Source of the DNA: the human T2T-CHM13v2.0 reference genome, Homo sapiens
Assembly: GCF_009914755.1 (NCBI RefSeq)
Contig: NC_060935.1
Direction: 5' to 3' (one strand)
Length of the DNA stretch: 64,000 bases
The notes beneath the pieces were generated by a model. The model had not been told where the DNA came from. It was given only the letters and a program-made list of their open reading frames with translations, and did no database searches. The translations under genes were made by a program, and so were the position numbers. The first letter of the stretch is position 1. Every line of letters starts with the position of its first letter. Shown here piece by piece: positions 50,641 to 64,000 of this stretch.

Positions 50641-51192
50641 TGTGATAGTTAATATTGAGTGTAAACGTCATTGGATTGAAGGATAAAAAATATTGTTCCT
50701 AGGTGTGTCTATGAGGGTGTTGCCAAAGGAGATTAACATTTGAGTCAATGGACTGGGAGAGGCAGACCCACCTTCAATCCAGGTGGGTACCATCTAATCA
50801 GCTGCCAGCGTGACTAGGATAAAAGCAGGCAGAGGAATGTAGAAGGACTAGACTGGCCTGAGTCTTTTGGCCTTCATCTTTCTTTTGTGCTGGATGCTTC
50901 CTGCCCTCAAACATTGGACTCCAAGTTCTTTAGCTTTTGGACTCTTGGACCTACACTAGTGGTTTGCTCAGGGTTCTCAAGCCTTCGGCCACAGACTGAA
51001 GGCTGCACTGTTGGCTTCCCTACTTTTTGAGGTTTTGGAACTCGGACTGGCTTCCTTGCTCCTCAACTTGCAGATAGCCTATGGTGGGATTCCACCTTGT
51101 GACTGTGTGAGTCAATACTCCTTAATAAACTCCCTTTCATATATACATCTATCCTATTAGTCCCATCCCTCTAGAGAACCCTGATTAATACA
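50641..51192 (+). mobile_element. MLT2A (HERV-L) solo LTR, 552 bp, probably MLT2A2
   Basis: TG...CA termini, 5-bp TSD ctagc (50636-50640 and 51193-51197), MLT2A start tgtgatagttaatattgagtgt, and AATAAA near 51124. Confidence 0.9.
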
Positions 51193-53036
51193 CTAGCATT
51201 GAAGATATGTTAAGAACACCAAGCCCTGGAATCTTTAGTTGTAATTAATTGCAAAATTTCCTAAACAAGTTTAGTTTAAGAAAAGTTGTGAACTAGAATT
51301 ATTATATGTGTGTGTGTATATATATATATTTATATAAACATTTTGTAAGTTAAAACTTGTTGATTATTATTCATGACTATATGAAACTGTCCACGGTTTA
51401 ATAATATATAGGAAAATTTGAAGATCATACGGAGTATTTCTACTGTTTTTCTGTGAGATGTCCTAACTCACAAGGGAATGAATGCTTGATGTCTAAGAAA
51501 TCAAATCATATTTTAAAACCTTGAACCTGTTTTGGCATACTCAGAAGCATCACATTTCTTCTTTTCTCAAAATCTAACTGATACTTATGTTTGTCAGGGA
51601 TTCCCATGTTTTTTCCAGAGAATAATTTATTTATCTATTATCATTCTCATTTAGTTGTATGAACTTAGGGCTAAAACAAAACAAAACAAAACAAAAAAAA
51701 CATGACTGCTTTAACTGGAGGAAGCAAACACTGCAAATCAGTAGTTTAGAGGGAAAAGATTGGTTGTGGCAGAGATTGGTGTAATAGTGCCCCAAGTATG
51801 GAGGAAGGAAAGTGATGCCAAATTCAGCTGATCTCCTCTGTCCTGGAAGTGACAGTTTAACATTATAGTATCTCTCCGGTTTAGAATCAGACATTTGGCT
51901 ACCACTGCTGTAAATTATATACCAATAAATTATAAGGGAGTTAAAGATAATTTATAAGAACTTAATTTTCTGTAACAAGGAAAATCCCTTATACATACTT
52001 CATACTGAATGTTTACCACTCAGAAGAGATTCAATTAAAATATTTAACATTGGCTACATAGTCTACATAATGAAACTAAAGAGCTCCTTTCCCCAAGAAG
52101 ACACACCTTCATAAAAACACCTTCTGGATGATAATATAAAATTTACAAAGTGAATCAGACAAGTTCTTTCCAAATCTGCTTATGTGAAGATCATACTATA
52201 AAAATAAGTAGCTGGTCAATATGTATTAGTAAAGAAGAAAATAAAACCTGCAGCTCACAACTATTTATACTAAAAGTACTTGATTCCCTTCATATAAAAA
52301 AAGCCCTATGCCCTGACATTGTGCAATCTACGTAAGATTCTAGGTAAAGTTGTAGAGTTATTGATTAGGTAGATATGGAGCTAAATGACTCAAAATATTG
52401 CTATGATCTTAGTAAGAAATTAATAAGGAGTTCACCAAATCAAACCAACCATGGTGGTTGGCACCAATTTTGGAAATTTTTCCATTATGTAGCTTGGAAA
52501 ATTAAGGTACTTCCTCAAAAACTCATTAGTCATTTGAGCAATAGCTAGAGTATTTATATATAGGTTTTTTTAGAATTAAAGAGATCTCACTTAATAATGC
52601 AGTGCAAAATACTGATTAGCCATATTTGACAATACAATGCATATTTTAATATAACTTGCTATTTGTTTTTAACTGTCAAAATAAAATTCTTAGTTTATAT
52701 TGGAACCCCATTTTCTAAGCAAGAATAATTATGTGGTAAAAAGTTACCTAGAATTCAACAAGTTTAATTTTTTAATAAAAATAAACTTAGAGGAGTAGCT
52801 ATATAGAATTTTTCCTTACTGAGCAATATCATGATTCTTCAGTTATCTATGTCAACACAAACGAACTCATATTGAAAGTTTACTCATAAAGAAGAAATAC
52901 CTGTATTATCTATAAAATTTCTAAATTAAAGAGTTGTCAATTATTTAGTATCAAGTTTAAGTAAAAAAATCAATTTAATTCACATGACAATTTACTATTA
53001 AAAAACATTTATATGTAAGTAACTAAACTCCCTTAC

Positions 53037-53522
53037 CTTATAAATATCCAAAAATCCACACTGGTGGTCAAATCTGGTGTACAGTTCATTCAGCATGCTG
53101 ATTACTTGCATGGGAGTACACTGGGCACATATGGCTGTGAAGCCAACAATGTCTGAAAAGAGCATGGTGACATCATCAAACTTTCTGGCCTGTACTTGCT
53201 GCCCTTGCCATAATTGCTGGGCTACATCACCAGGGAAAATAGAATATAGAAGATCCACTGTCTTCTTTTTCTCTTCTTCCAGGGCCTGGTGAGTTCTTTC
53301 TAAAGTTGCCTTTAATTTATCCATCCTTTTCTTCAACCCATCTTGGGCCTTTGCCTGCTCACCAACCAAAATGACATCTCGGGTGGCATCATGGATAGGG
53401 ATGTCTGAGAGATGTAGCCCTCGGCCCATGAGTTCATCCAACTTGTCCACACATGGAGAGCCCAAAAATAAAATGGAATTTGATTCTGGAACATGGATCA
53501 TTTGTCCTTTGACTTCCATCAC
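53037..53522 (-). CDS. GUCY1A2: Internal coding exon (probably exon 5) of soluble guanylate cyclase subunit alpha-2; 486 nt, phase 0/0
   Basis: Translates to [71 protein letters not shown]...[49 protein letters not shown]. It carries the s[13 protein letters not shown] motif and the class III cyclase FSDIVGF metal-binding Asp. Acceptor tttcacag|GTG at 53523/53522; donor AAG|gtaagg at 53037/53036. Confidence 0.97.
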
Positions 53523-56500
53523 CTGTGAAATTAACATGGAATTTTGATCAGTACTCTTCACATAGTAGGTTCACAAAATTTAATATATTATCTGATGAAT
53601 AGAAAGAAAAAATGTTTTATTAGCAATACTGAGTTACTGCATTCATATAAGCAAATTTAAATCTGATTTTCAGCCAGTTTAAAATTCATGGTTCTGAAGA
53701 GAAACAATTGTTTTATATCTCACTCAGCTACTTTCTAAAGACAATAATGAAATGGAAAGTGAGATCAGTGAAAAATGAAACAGGAAAACATTTTTTATTC
53801 AAGATGATACTCCAAGGTACATCATGAAACTGGTTTATGAGCCAATTCAAAAGCTTTCAGCCTACTAAATAATAATGAAAATATGGTAAATCCATCTGTC
53901 AAAATAACTATATTTAACTGTCATTAAAATAATACCCCTTTCAGAAAATAAATCCAGGAGGTTAAAATGAATCAAAGTAATTGGCCTTATGTAAATCATT
54001 TTTCAACTATTATAGTACTTTTAAAATGTACTAGTCATTGCACTTGTTAGGTTAGTGGACAGTTCTCTTATTCTTAAAAATAAAAATATAAACCAGATAT
54101 TAAGCTAGCATTATCAGAAAATATCACTCAACTAGCATGTGCATATAAGCTAAAAATAAATGAAAAAATAATAATTATAATACTAAAGGAATTTGGGTCA
54201 TATGATAAAGAATCTGAGGGTAAAGTAATTTAAATCTATTCCTCTTTTCTATGCCCTTTCACTGGAGAATTTAGGGAACTGAGATTTAATGGGAAACTTA
54301 GTGAACACAAGCTTATGCCCAGTAGCCTAATGAACACCTTCAGAGGGCATGAACAATGAACACCAGTAGAAAAGGAAGGTGAAGCTGGGGTATGGCTACA
54401 ACTATAACTATTTGGATTGGACTAAGGTTAAACTAAGCACACCTGGAGAAAAAGCCAGTTGCAATTACTTAGAAAGAATAGGCTAAAAGTTGACCAGTTG
54501 GGACTGTGCATCAGTTTCATCTATGTTCCACTACTACATGGAATGTGCTCAATACATGTATTTTCCTGTTTTCTTTATAGCTAAATAGTTAAGCTAGTTG
54601 ATAAAAACTGGTGGCACTGAACAAATATGGAATAAACTATTGGGATCTGGATTTTTAAGTCATTAATATTTTTACTTTTCTCCCTTGTACCATTCACCAA
54701 GATCTTGTTTATATAAGAAAATAAAATGGAATCTTGCTTGATGTTATAATTTTTATGGAATTAAATGCTCACTTTACCTTATGTAAAATTTCTGCTAAAG
54801 TTCAGTATTTCATCCTTTTATTTATATTACTCTTATTTATTCACTAAAATATTGATTACTTTCTATTTACTAGTAATGCTCTGCTCTGGATGATAAGGAT
54901 AGAAAGATAAAATACAGTTCCCCTTTTCAAACGTATCACAGTATGGTGGAGAACCAAATCTATATCGGCCAGAGAATAGGAGGAGGAAGACATTCTAAAT
55001 TCACTACCTAAAATAGGCTCTCAAAATACTACAGGTTATGGTTTGAGTAAAAAGAAAATAATTGTCCTGTAAAATATTTACAGATTGTTTGTATATGTTT
55101 CATATGCTCTTTAGGGTAGGAGTGTTGCTAATAATACATACTTTCTTGTTATTAGGATCTTAAGGGCATGGTAAGGAAGAAACACATAATGTACAATCCC
55201 ATAGTTTAAAAATTATTATATAAATTTTTTTAAGATTGACATAAGCGCAAAAACCTTGATAAGCTTAATAGAGTTAATCATATTTTTAAATGGCAATGAT
55301 AACATCTGATACTCATATATTTAAACTTCTATGTAGTCTCTCTCTCTCTCTTCACATTTCTTTCCAATTACTTCTTTTTTCTTCTCCATCTTGATTTCTT
55401 CTTTCTTCTCCCTTGCTTCGTGGAGTTACACTTTTTTCACCCTCCTCTCTTTATTTGGTGTTTGTCTCTCCTTCTGCTGGTCTCTCTTCTTCATCGCTTG
55501 GACTCTACTCTCATTTTTTTCCATTGGTTCCTGTTTTCTTTTTCTTTCTCTTTTCTTCCTAGGTATCAACTTTAACATTTACCATCACAACTAGACCTTA
55601 TTCTCTTTTGCCTTTATCATCTCCATCTTAATTTTAAATGTGGAATTAGTGTATGTATGTATGCATAAATTAATATATATTATTTCCTATATGTAATGCA
55701 TTTTAAATATTAATTTATAAAAAGTCTAAATTGAATAGTTCACATTCCTGTCTCAAAAATGTAAAATAGCAAATATGTCCTTGATTTATATGTGGCCATT
55801 AGTTTGTTTTCTGAAATCTCTACATAAACAGACCCTGAAGGAAGAAAATGTTGTTGATTGCCTACACTACAGAAAAACAATTCATAGACGATAAGCCCAA
55901 AGAAATAAAGTAAATAACTTCCTTTTCAATATTTTCTATCAGTGAACTTTTTATTTAATAAATGGGCAGATTCAATGGCACCATTTGTATCTCTGTCACC
56001 AATGCATTTTTACTTTAATTGGAAAATAATATAAATTATCCTTCTTGAATTATGTTTCTCATAATTATAAATTCAGAAATTCATCATTATTTGCATTTAT
56101 TAACTTAGCAATAAGCAAAACTATTATAAGAACTACATATTTGTATATAAAAGAATTGTGGAAAATTGCTTAAAATATAAACATCTATCTAAGGTTTTAT
56201 TGCATCTTACATCATATTGAAGTTTCAATGAGATAGCACAGAAGACATAAGAAAAATAAATTGTCATAACATTTGTCAGATTTCAGAAATTGGCAAGCAT
56301 AACAAAGGGGAGTATTTTGCTCTGAGCTATAGTAAAGGGTTAAATATCATACTATCACAAACCTTGGTTGTCAGGTTCTGTTAAACTATCTTCATTATTT
56401 CTTTTTTCATTTTACTTTTATGCTGGGTTGGGGGGTACATGTGCAGGTTTGTTATATAGGTAAATTCATCTCATGGGGGTTTGTTGCATGTTAATGCTCA

Positions 56501-56669
56501 GATAGTTCTATGAAAATATTCACCACTGTTATCAATAAGTAATCAGAATTGAGTAAGTCCAGGTCATATAACTGCACATTACATGTTTTATATTTTTGCC
56601 TATCTTGAGCATGGCCTAATCCATGCTCTCATGGAGCTTCAGGTTTTATAAGAAAATCATTTGATGCAG

Positions 56670-57090
56670 TGTTACATAATAGTTTGAAAAGAAGGATTTG
56701 GAAGAAGTCAGGTCTGAATTTGAATTTCAACTCTCCTGAAAATTAAGTGGGAAAACTGACCTACGTTCAGTTCCCTATCCTTTCAAAGCCTCGGTTTCCT
56801 TATCTATAAACTGGAAAAGATGATAATGATGTTGAGGAGGATGATGCCTGTAGCTAACTCAACACATCTGTGAGTACTTGCTATTGCCCATGTACTGTGC
56901 TGAGTACTTAATTAATACTTAATTTATACTTTGTTACTGAATTTTACTCTTTTGCTAGCTATTACTATCCTCAGTTTTAAGATTTAGGGAGGTTAAGAGA
57001 TTTGTAAAGAATACAAGCTAATAAGCAGTAAGGTCAACACTCAAACCCAAACTGGACTGACTCCAAAGGAAACACTCTTAACCACTGTAG
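56670..57090. mobile_element. MIR remnants in both orientations
   Basis: agcctcggtttccttatctataaactgg and tactatcctcagttttaaga...actcaaacccaaactggactgactccaaag. Confidence 0.55.
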
Positions 57091-58523
57091 AAGCCTGAAG
57101 GTGAAGGAGAGAGAAGCGAAGCAATTACAATTTTAAATATAAATCAATGTGATGGCAAAACAACCTTAAAGAGATGTTCACAATGGGCAGTTGAAAAGAG
57201 AGAAGTTGTTGCTACAGATATAGATGTAGCTGCTGATATAGATTTGCATGACTATTCTTTAGAATTCAGTTCAGTAACAAAAAATGGGCACTTCTAGATT
57301 TGGTTTCTGGTCTTTCAGATCCCTGCAATGTAATTTATGAAAGCACAAACAGAATGATATGTCCCGGGTGCTTCAATAATTAAAGGGGCTTCCAGAAGGG
57401 CCACTGCTCTCACAGAGCAACATTTGCTTTCAAAGAACTAGCTCTAGCTAAAAAAGCAGGAGACAGTGCCCAGTCTGAGAAGCTTCCATGTTCTTAATGT
57501 CCTGATATTCTCCCTCTCACACCCACCATAACTCACTACTCAAGAAATTGTATGGCTAGAGTCACCAGCAAGAGTAATTTTGCACAACAAATGCCCAGCT
57601 AGGAATTACTCTTCATCCACATGGGCTGAAAAATCCCCTCCATATAGAGACATAAGGATATCTGACCTGGAGAAGCTTGCTCTGCACCCTCAAGCAGCAT
57701 TACCAAGGACAGTGGGAGCCATGAGGCATGAAATAAACCAAGATGAAAATAGCACCACATAACCTCTGAAAATTACACCGTCATTGCAACTAAAACCCAC
57801 AAAAGTAGGCCAGGACCTACATGCCAAACCTAAATAGAGGAATTGACTGTTAAAATAAAAATTTTAAATAGAATCTAGAGTCTCCTAACAAACACAATAC
57901 CCAAATTATCAAAAATATAATAGAAAGTCAACCATCATAAGAATCATAATAAGAACCAAGAAAATCACAACTTGAATGAGAAAAGACAATCGATTGACGC
58001 CAACACTAAAATGAATCAGATGTTGGAATTATCTGTCAAGAATTTTAAAGAGGGCATAAGAAAATATTTCAACGAGCAATTATAAATTCTTTTTAAATGA
58101 ATTTTAAAACACAAAATCTCAGTAAAGCAATAGAAATATAAAAATAACCAATGTAAATTATACAACTGAAAAATACAGCAACAAAAATAGAAAACATGCT
58201 GGGTGGGCTCAAAATTAGAATGGAGATGACAGAGGATAGAATCAGTGAATTGAGGACAGCTTAATAGAATTTACTCAATCTGAACAACAGAGAAAATAGG
58301 CTGAAAAAAAGTTTTAGGGATCTTTAGGACAATAAAAAAGAAATCCACATTCATATCCTAAGAGTTCCAAAAGTATAGGGGAGAGAGAGGTTGAAATAGT
58401 ATTTGAATAAACTATAGATGAAAATGTCTTAAATTTGGTGAAAGACATAAACCCACAAATTCAACTATATGGATTCTAAATAAGGATAAACTCAAAGGAA
58501 TTCACTCCAAGATACATTTTAGG

Positions 58524-58570
58524 GTGCATATGTACCCTAAAACTTAAAGTATAATAATAATAATAAAAAA
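58524..58570 (+). mobile_element. About 47-bp young L1PA 3' terminus
   Basis: gtgcatatgtaccctaaaacttaaagtataataataataataaaaaa. Confidence 0.8.
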
Positions 58571-58772
58571 GAATGGCTAAAGAAAGGTCTTTAAACAGAA
58601 AGAAAAAGATAAGAGAAAAAAATCTTTGAGCACCAGGAAGGAAGAAAAGGAACAGAAGGACTAGAAGTATGGGTAAATACATAGATTATCTTCTCCTCAT
58701 GAGTTGTCTAAATCATATGCGATGACTGAGACAAATATGATAATATTATACATTCTGATACTTTGATCGTCA

Positions 58773-59110
58773 TGAGTGGCCTCACAAGAGGAAGGCAGAG
58801 GGAGACCACACATGCACACAGACACACAAACACACGCACACACACACCACACACAAAGGAGAAGGTGACGTGAAGAAAGAGACATAGATTAGAGTGATGT
58901 GACCTCAAGCCAAGAAACCTCAAGACCTGCCAGCAGCCACAAAAAGCTAGAAGAAGCAAGAAATGGATTCTACCCCAGAGCCTCTGGAGATAGCATGGTC
59001 CTTTTGACACTTTGACTTCTGGCATGCAGGACTATGAAAGAATAAATTTATGTTGTTTTAAGCTACCAAGTTTGTGGTAATTTGTTACAGTAGCCACAGA
59101 AAACTGATAC
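58773..59110 (+). mobile_element. MLT1B/C-type MaLR LTR fragment
   Basis: caagccaagaa...gaagcaagaaatggattct...agaataaatttatgttgttttaagctaccaagtttgtggtaatttgttacag. Confidence 0.82.
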
Positions 59111-60424
59111 CTTAACAACAAAATCTACAAAAACAACAAAATCTACAAATACGATCTAATTAATATCTAAAATAATTTGACAATCCAACAACAGCAGAAT
59201 ACTCTTTCTTTAAAAAAAAAAAAAAAAAAAAACCCAAGGAGATCATGGAACATATACCGACCAAATCCTAGGCCATAAAAAAACACCAGAATAAATTTCA
59301 AAAGTTGAAATTGTACAGAGTATGTTAACTAGGTGAAATAATACTAGAAGTCAATAACTGAAAGACAACAGAAAAATCCCTAACAATGTGAAACTGAAAC
59401 TACACTTTTCTACACAATTCATTTTAAAAGAGGAATTGTTAACAGAAATTAAATTGCATAAAATGAAATCAAAATGGAAATACAGCATATTAAAATAAGT
59501 AGCATGCAGCCAAAGCAGTGAAGAGAGTGCTTATAATCAAGGCGAGAACAAATCACGAATCAATAATCTAAGTGTCTACCTCAGAAAAGAAAAATATAAG
59601 AGCAAAATAAACCCAAAGCAAGCAGAAGGGAGGAAACAAAAACCATAAGAGAGGTAATCAATGAAATTACAAACAGGAAAACAATAAAGAAAATGAGCAA
59701 AAAAAAATGGTTTCTTTGAAAAAACATCAATAAAATCAGTAAAGTCTAGCAACACTGATGAAAATGACAGCTAAGTAAACAAAAATCAACATAAGGAACA
59801 AGATAGGGGTTATCACTATAGATAATATAGCCATTACAAGAATAATAAGGGGATATCACAAACAGCTTTACATTAAAAAATTTGACAGTTTAAATGAACC
59901 AATCCCTTGAAAAAAACCCAAACTACCAAAACTCAACCAAGATGAAACTGATAATCTGAATCATTTTATAACCATTAAAAACATGAAATGTATAATTTAA
60001 AGTTTTTTGAAAAAAAAATCTTCAGGCCAAATAGTTTTGCTGGAAAATTCTAACAACTATTTGAAAAAGAATTAACACCATTTTGTCAGTGTCTTCCAGA
60101 AAATAAAAGGGGAAGGAACATTTAAATGTGGTGCAGTTCCACCCCTTCCTAAAGATTACATCAGCTAAGTTAATGACGAAATAATTCATTTGTCCTCTAA
60201 CATTCATCTTCTAGCTGGGATATGATGAAGCATATGAAATGACAGTTATATCTGGCCCAAATTAAACAATCACAATATGAATTTTCCTTAAAACATATTG
60301 ATAGATGTCATCTTGCCCCCAAGATTTACCATTATGCAAAGTTTATCCTTTAAGCTTGGAGTATTTGCACTAGGACCTCCAGCAAAAATAGCTCCTATAA
60401 CTTTAGTTCCAATAGTTCCTATTT

Positions 60425-63090
60425 AAGACTAGAAACTAACTACTAAAAGAAAACATAGAGGAAAAGCTCCTTGACATTGCTCTGAACAGCAATTTTTTGG
60501 ACATGACCCCAAAAGCACAGACAATAAAAATGAGAATAGATCAATGAGATTCTATCAAATTAAAAAGCTTCAGCACAGCAAAGGAAACATCAACAGTGTG
60601 AAGAAACGACATACAGAATAGGGGAAAATATTTGCAAACCATATATCTTACAAGGGTTTTAGTATCCAAAATATATAAAGAACTCAACTGACTAAGAAGA
60701 AAACCACCAAATTAAATGGGCAAAAGGCCTGAATACAGACATTTCTCAAAAGAAGACATACAAATAGCCAAGAGAAATATGAAAAAAATGTCCAACATCA
60801 CTAATCATCAGATAAATACAAATTAAAACTACAATGAGATATCACCTGATACCTGTTAGAATGGCTATTAAAATGATGAAAAATAATGAGTACCAGCAAA
60901 ATGTGGAGAAAAGAGAACCCCTGTACACTGTTGGTGGGAGTGGAAATTAGTACAGCCATGATGACAAACAGTATCAACATTCTTCAAGAAAGTAAAAATA
61001 GAATTACTATACGATCCAGCAATCTCACTACTGAGTATATATTTAAAAAATGAAATCAAATGACAGTAATCTGCACCCCATGTTCACTGCAGCATTAAAC
61101 ACTATAGCCAAAATACGGAATAAACCTAAGTGTCCATCAACAGATGAATGGATAATTGTGGTATGGATTGTGGTATATACAAGCATACCTCATTTTATTG
61201 TGCTTCACTTTATTGCCCTTTGCAGATATTGCATGGTTTTACAAATTGAAAGTTTGTGACAACCTTCTGTTGAACAAATCTACTGGTGATATTTTTCCAA
61301 CATCATATGCTCATCTCATGTCTCTGTGTCATATTTTGGCAATTCTCATAATATTTCAAGCTCTTTCATTATTATATGTGTTATGGTAACCTGTGATCAG
61401 TGATCCTTGATGTTACTATGGTAATTGTTTTGGGGCACCACAAACCACACCCGTATAAGACAGTGAACTTAATCAGTCAACATCGTGTGTGTTCTGAGTG
61501 CCCCACCAACGAGCTGTTCCCAGTTCTTCTCCCTCTCCTCAGAGCTCCCTATCACATGAGAACAACAATATTGAAATTAGACCAATGAATAACACTACAA
61601 TGACCTCTAAGTGTTCAAGTGAAAAGAAAAGTTGCAGGGCTCTCACTTTATATCAAATGCTAGAAATGATTAAGCTTAGTAAGAAAGGCATGTCGAAAGC
61701 TGAGATAAGCAGAAAACTACACCTCTTAAGTCAGTGAGCCAAGTTGCGAATGAAAATGAAAGGTTCTTGAAGGAAATTTTAAAAAATGCTACTCCGGTGA
61801 ACACACAAATGATAAGAAACTAAAACAGTATTATTGCTGATACGGAGAAAGTTTTAGTAGTATGCATGGAAGATCAAATCAGCCATTACATTCTGTTTAG
61901 CCAAAGCCTAATCCAGAGAAAGGCGGCCTTAGATTTCTAATTCTATGAAGGCTGAGGGAGGTGAGGAAGCTGCAGAAGAAAGCTTGAAGGTAGCAGAGGA
62001 TGGTTCATGAGGTTTAAAGAAGCTGTCTTCAGCATTAACAGTTTGGAAGAAGTTTATTTCAACCCTCGGTGATGACTTGGAGAGCTTCAAGACTTCAGTT
62101 GAGGGTATCACTGCAGATATAGTAGAAATGGCAAAAAGCACTAGAATTAGATGTTGAAGATGTGGCTGAATTGCTGCAATCTCATGATAAAACTTAAATG
62201 AATGAGAAGTTACTTCTTACAGATGGGCAAAGAAAGTGGTTTCTTGAGAAGCAACCTACTCCTGCTGAAGACTCAGTGAACACTGTTGAAATGACAACAA
62301 AAGATTTAGAATATTACCTAAAATTAGTTGATAAAGCAGCACAGAGTTTGAGAAGACATATTCAAATTTTGAAAGCAATACTACTGTGAATACAATGCTA
62401 TCAAACAGCATTGCAAGCTATAAGGGAATGTTTTGTGATAGGACGAGTCAATCGATGTAGCAAACTTCATTGCTGTCTTACTTTAAGAAATTGTTAGAGC
62501 CACCCAACCTTCAGCAACCACTACCCTGATCAGTCAGTAGCCATTTACATCAAGGTAAGACCCTCCACCAGCAAAAAAGATTATGACTTGATGAAGGCTC
62601 AGATAATCATTAGCATTTTTAGCAATAAAGTTTTTTTTTATTAAGGTATATACATTTTTCAGACATAATGCTATTGCAAACTTAATGGACTACAGTATAG
62701 TGTGAAAAGAACTGTAAATACACTGGAAAGCAAAAAATATTGTGTGATTTGCCTTCTTGTAATATTTGTTTTATTGGAGTGGTTGTAACCAAACCCACAG
62801 TATCTCTGAGGTGTGCCTGGATACACCAGAGAATACCATTCAGCCTTACAAAAGAAAAAAAATACTGTCTTTTGAGACACCATGTTTGAACATGAAGAAC
62901 ATTATGTAAAGTGAAATAAGTACAGAAAGACAAGTACCCAAATACTGCATGGCCTCACCTATATTTGCAGTATAAAATTCAAACTCATAGACATAGAGAT
63001 TAAAATGGTGGTTACCAGAGGCTGGGATATGGAAGGATTGAGGAGATGTTGATCAAAGAACACAAACTTTCAGTTAAAACATAAATAAAT
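60425..63090 (+). mobile_element. L1MA/MB ORF2 end and 3' UTR, interrupted by Tigger1
   Basis: gacatttctcaaaagaagacatacaaatagcca and aaaatggtggttaccagaggctggg on either side of the Tigger1. Confidence 0.8.
61180..62819 (+). mobile_element. Tigger1 DNA transposon, internally deleted (1640 bp)
   Basis: TIRs caagcatacctc and gaggtgtgcctg; TA at 61178-61179; transposase N-terminal remnant MTSKCSSEKKSCRALTLYQMLEMIKLSKKGMSKAEISRKL. Confidence 0.92.
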
Positions 63091-63446
63091 AAAAATAATG
63101 TAGAAGAAGTTTGTTTTCCTTGCTTATTTGTTTTCCTTGCTTATTTGTTTAATCATTCGATGTGTATGTGTGTTTTGATTCTTAACACACAATTATTCCA
63201 AAAAAATAAGGTGCTTTGAAATAAAACCAACTTTCCCCCATAGGGCTATTTATTTTTTAAAAAAATATCATCCTAATGTCTGCATTTATAATAACCATTT
63301 ATTTGTTTTAAAAATATTTACTTAATATCTAAAACCTACCAATACTATGGTCTTCCTTAAGAAATTGTCACAGCCATGCAACCTTCAGCACACGCTACCT
63401 TGATTAGTGAGCAGCCAGTACTAGGCTAAGCACTTTTTAAAAAAAA

Positions 63447-63740
<294 letters not shown>

Positions 63741-64000
63741 TAGCCTAAGCACTCTAAATATGCAGGAACTAAAGCAGAAAAGATTTGCCTTTTTACTGAA
63801 GTGAACCATAGAAAAGTGTATGTGTGAGGAGGGGATATTAACTCAAGGCTAATTATGCTACTGTTTATTCAATAGATTGAAATGTTGCCTTTGTTGAGAT
63901 GAGATACTGTATAATTCATATTGTTTATTCATTAAATAAACAAAAATACCAAAAATATAGCCTTTTAGACAATTTATCTCTGTGCTTTTTTATTTTCTTG

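Larger units (their letters stand above)
57520..60120 (+). mobile_element. Ancient L1M (MC/MD-like) 5' UTR, ORF1 and ORF2 fragments
   Basis: A-rich L1 motifs such as aatcagatgttggaattatctg and aaactaccaaaactcaaccaagatgaa. Confidence 0.7.

Noticed and set aside
53523-53561. ORF-track N-terminus [13 protein letters not shown] for the cyclase ORF
   Set aside because: Intronic sequence upstream of the AG acceptor; the real exon starts at 53522.

Overview
Primate (human or close ape) genomic DNA from inside the soluble guanylate cyclase alpha-2 gene GUCY1A2, transcribed on the minus strand. Two coding exons with canonical AG/GT boundaries lie in the window: 53037-53522 (486 nt; PAS/H-NOBA end, coiled coil and start of the cyclase domain) and 19217-19360 (144 nt; cyclase domain). 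The rest is intron, dense in L1, Alu, MaLR/HERV-L LTR, Tigger/MER2/MADE1, MIR and L2 remnants. Nearly all ORFs in the supplied track come from these repeats or are chance ORFs. I see no prokaryotic-type system and no novel multi-gene system. The most notable non-obvious items are a decayed TSPYL1-like (NAP/SET family) retrocopy at about 26.2-27.1 kb, a near-perfect 53-bp-stem hairpin next to a 75-bp tandem duplication at 13.35-13.69 kb, an Alu-L1 chimeric insertion bounded by a single TSD, an unidentified mRNA 3'-end retrocopy nested in an L1, a twin-primed inverted L1, and a tiny young L1 tail that appears to replace deleted target DNA. Gene, exon-number and repeat-subfamily calls come from recalled sequences, not database searches.
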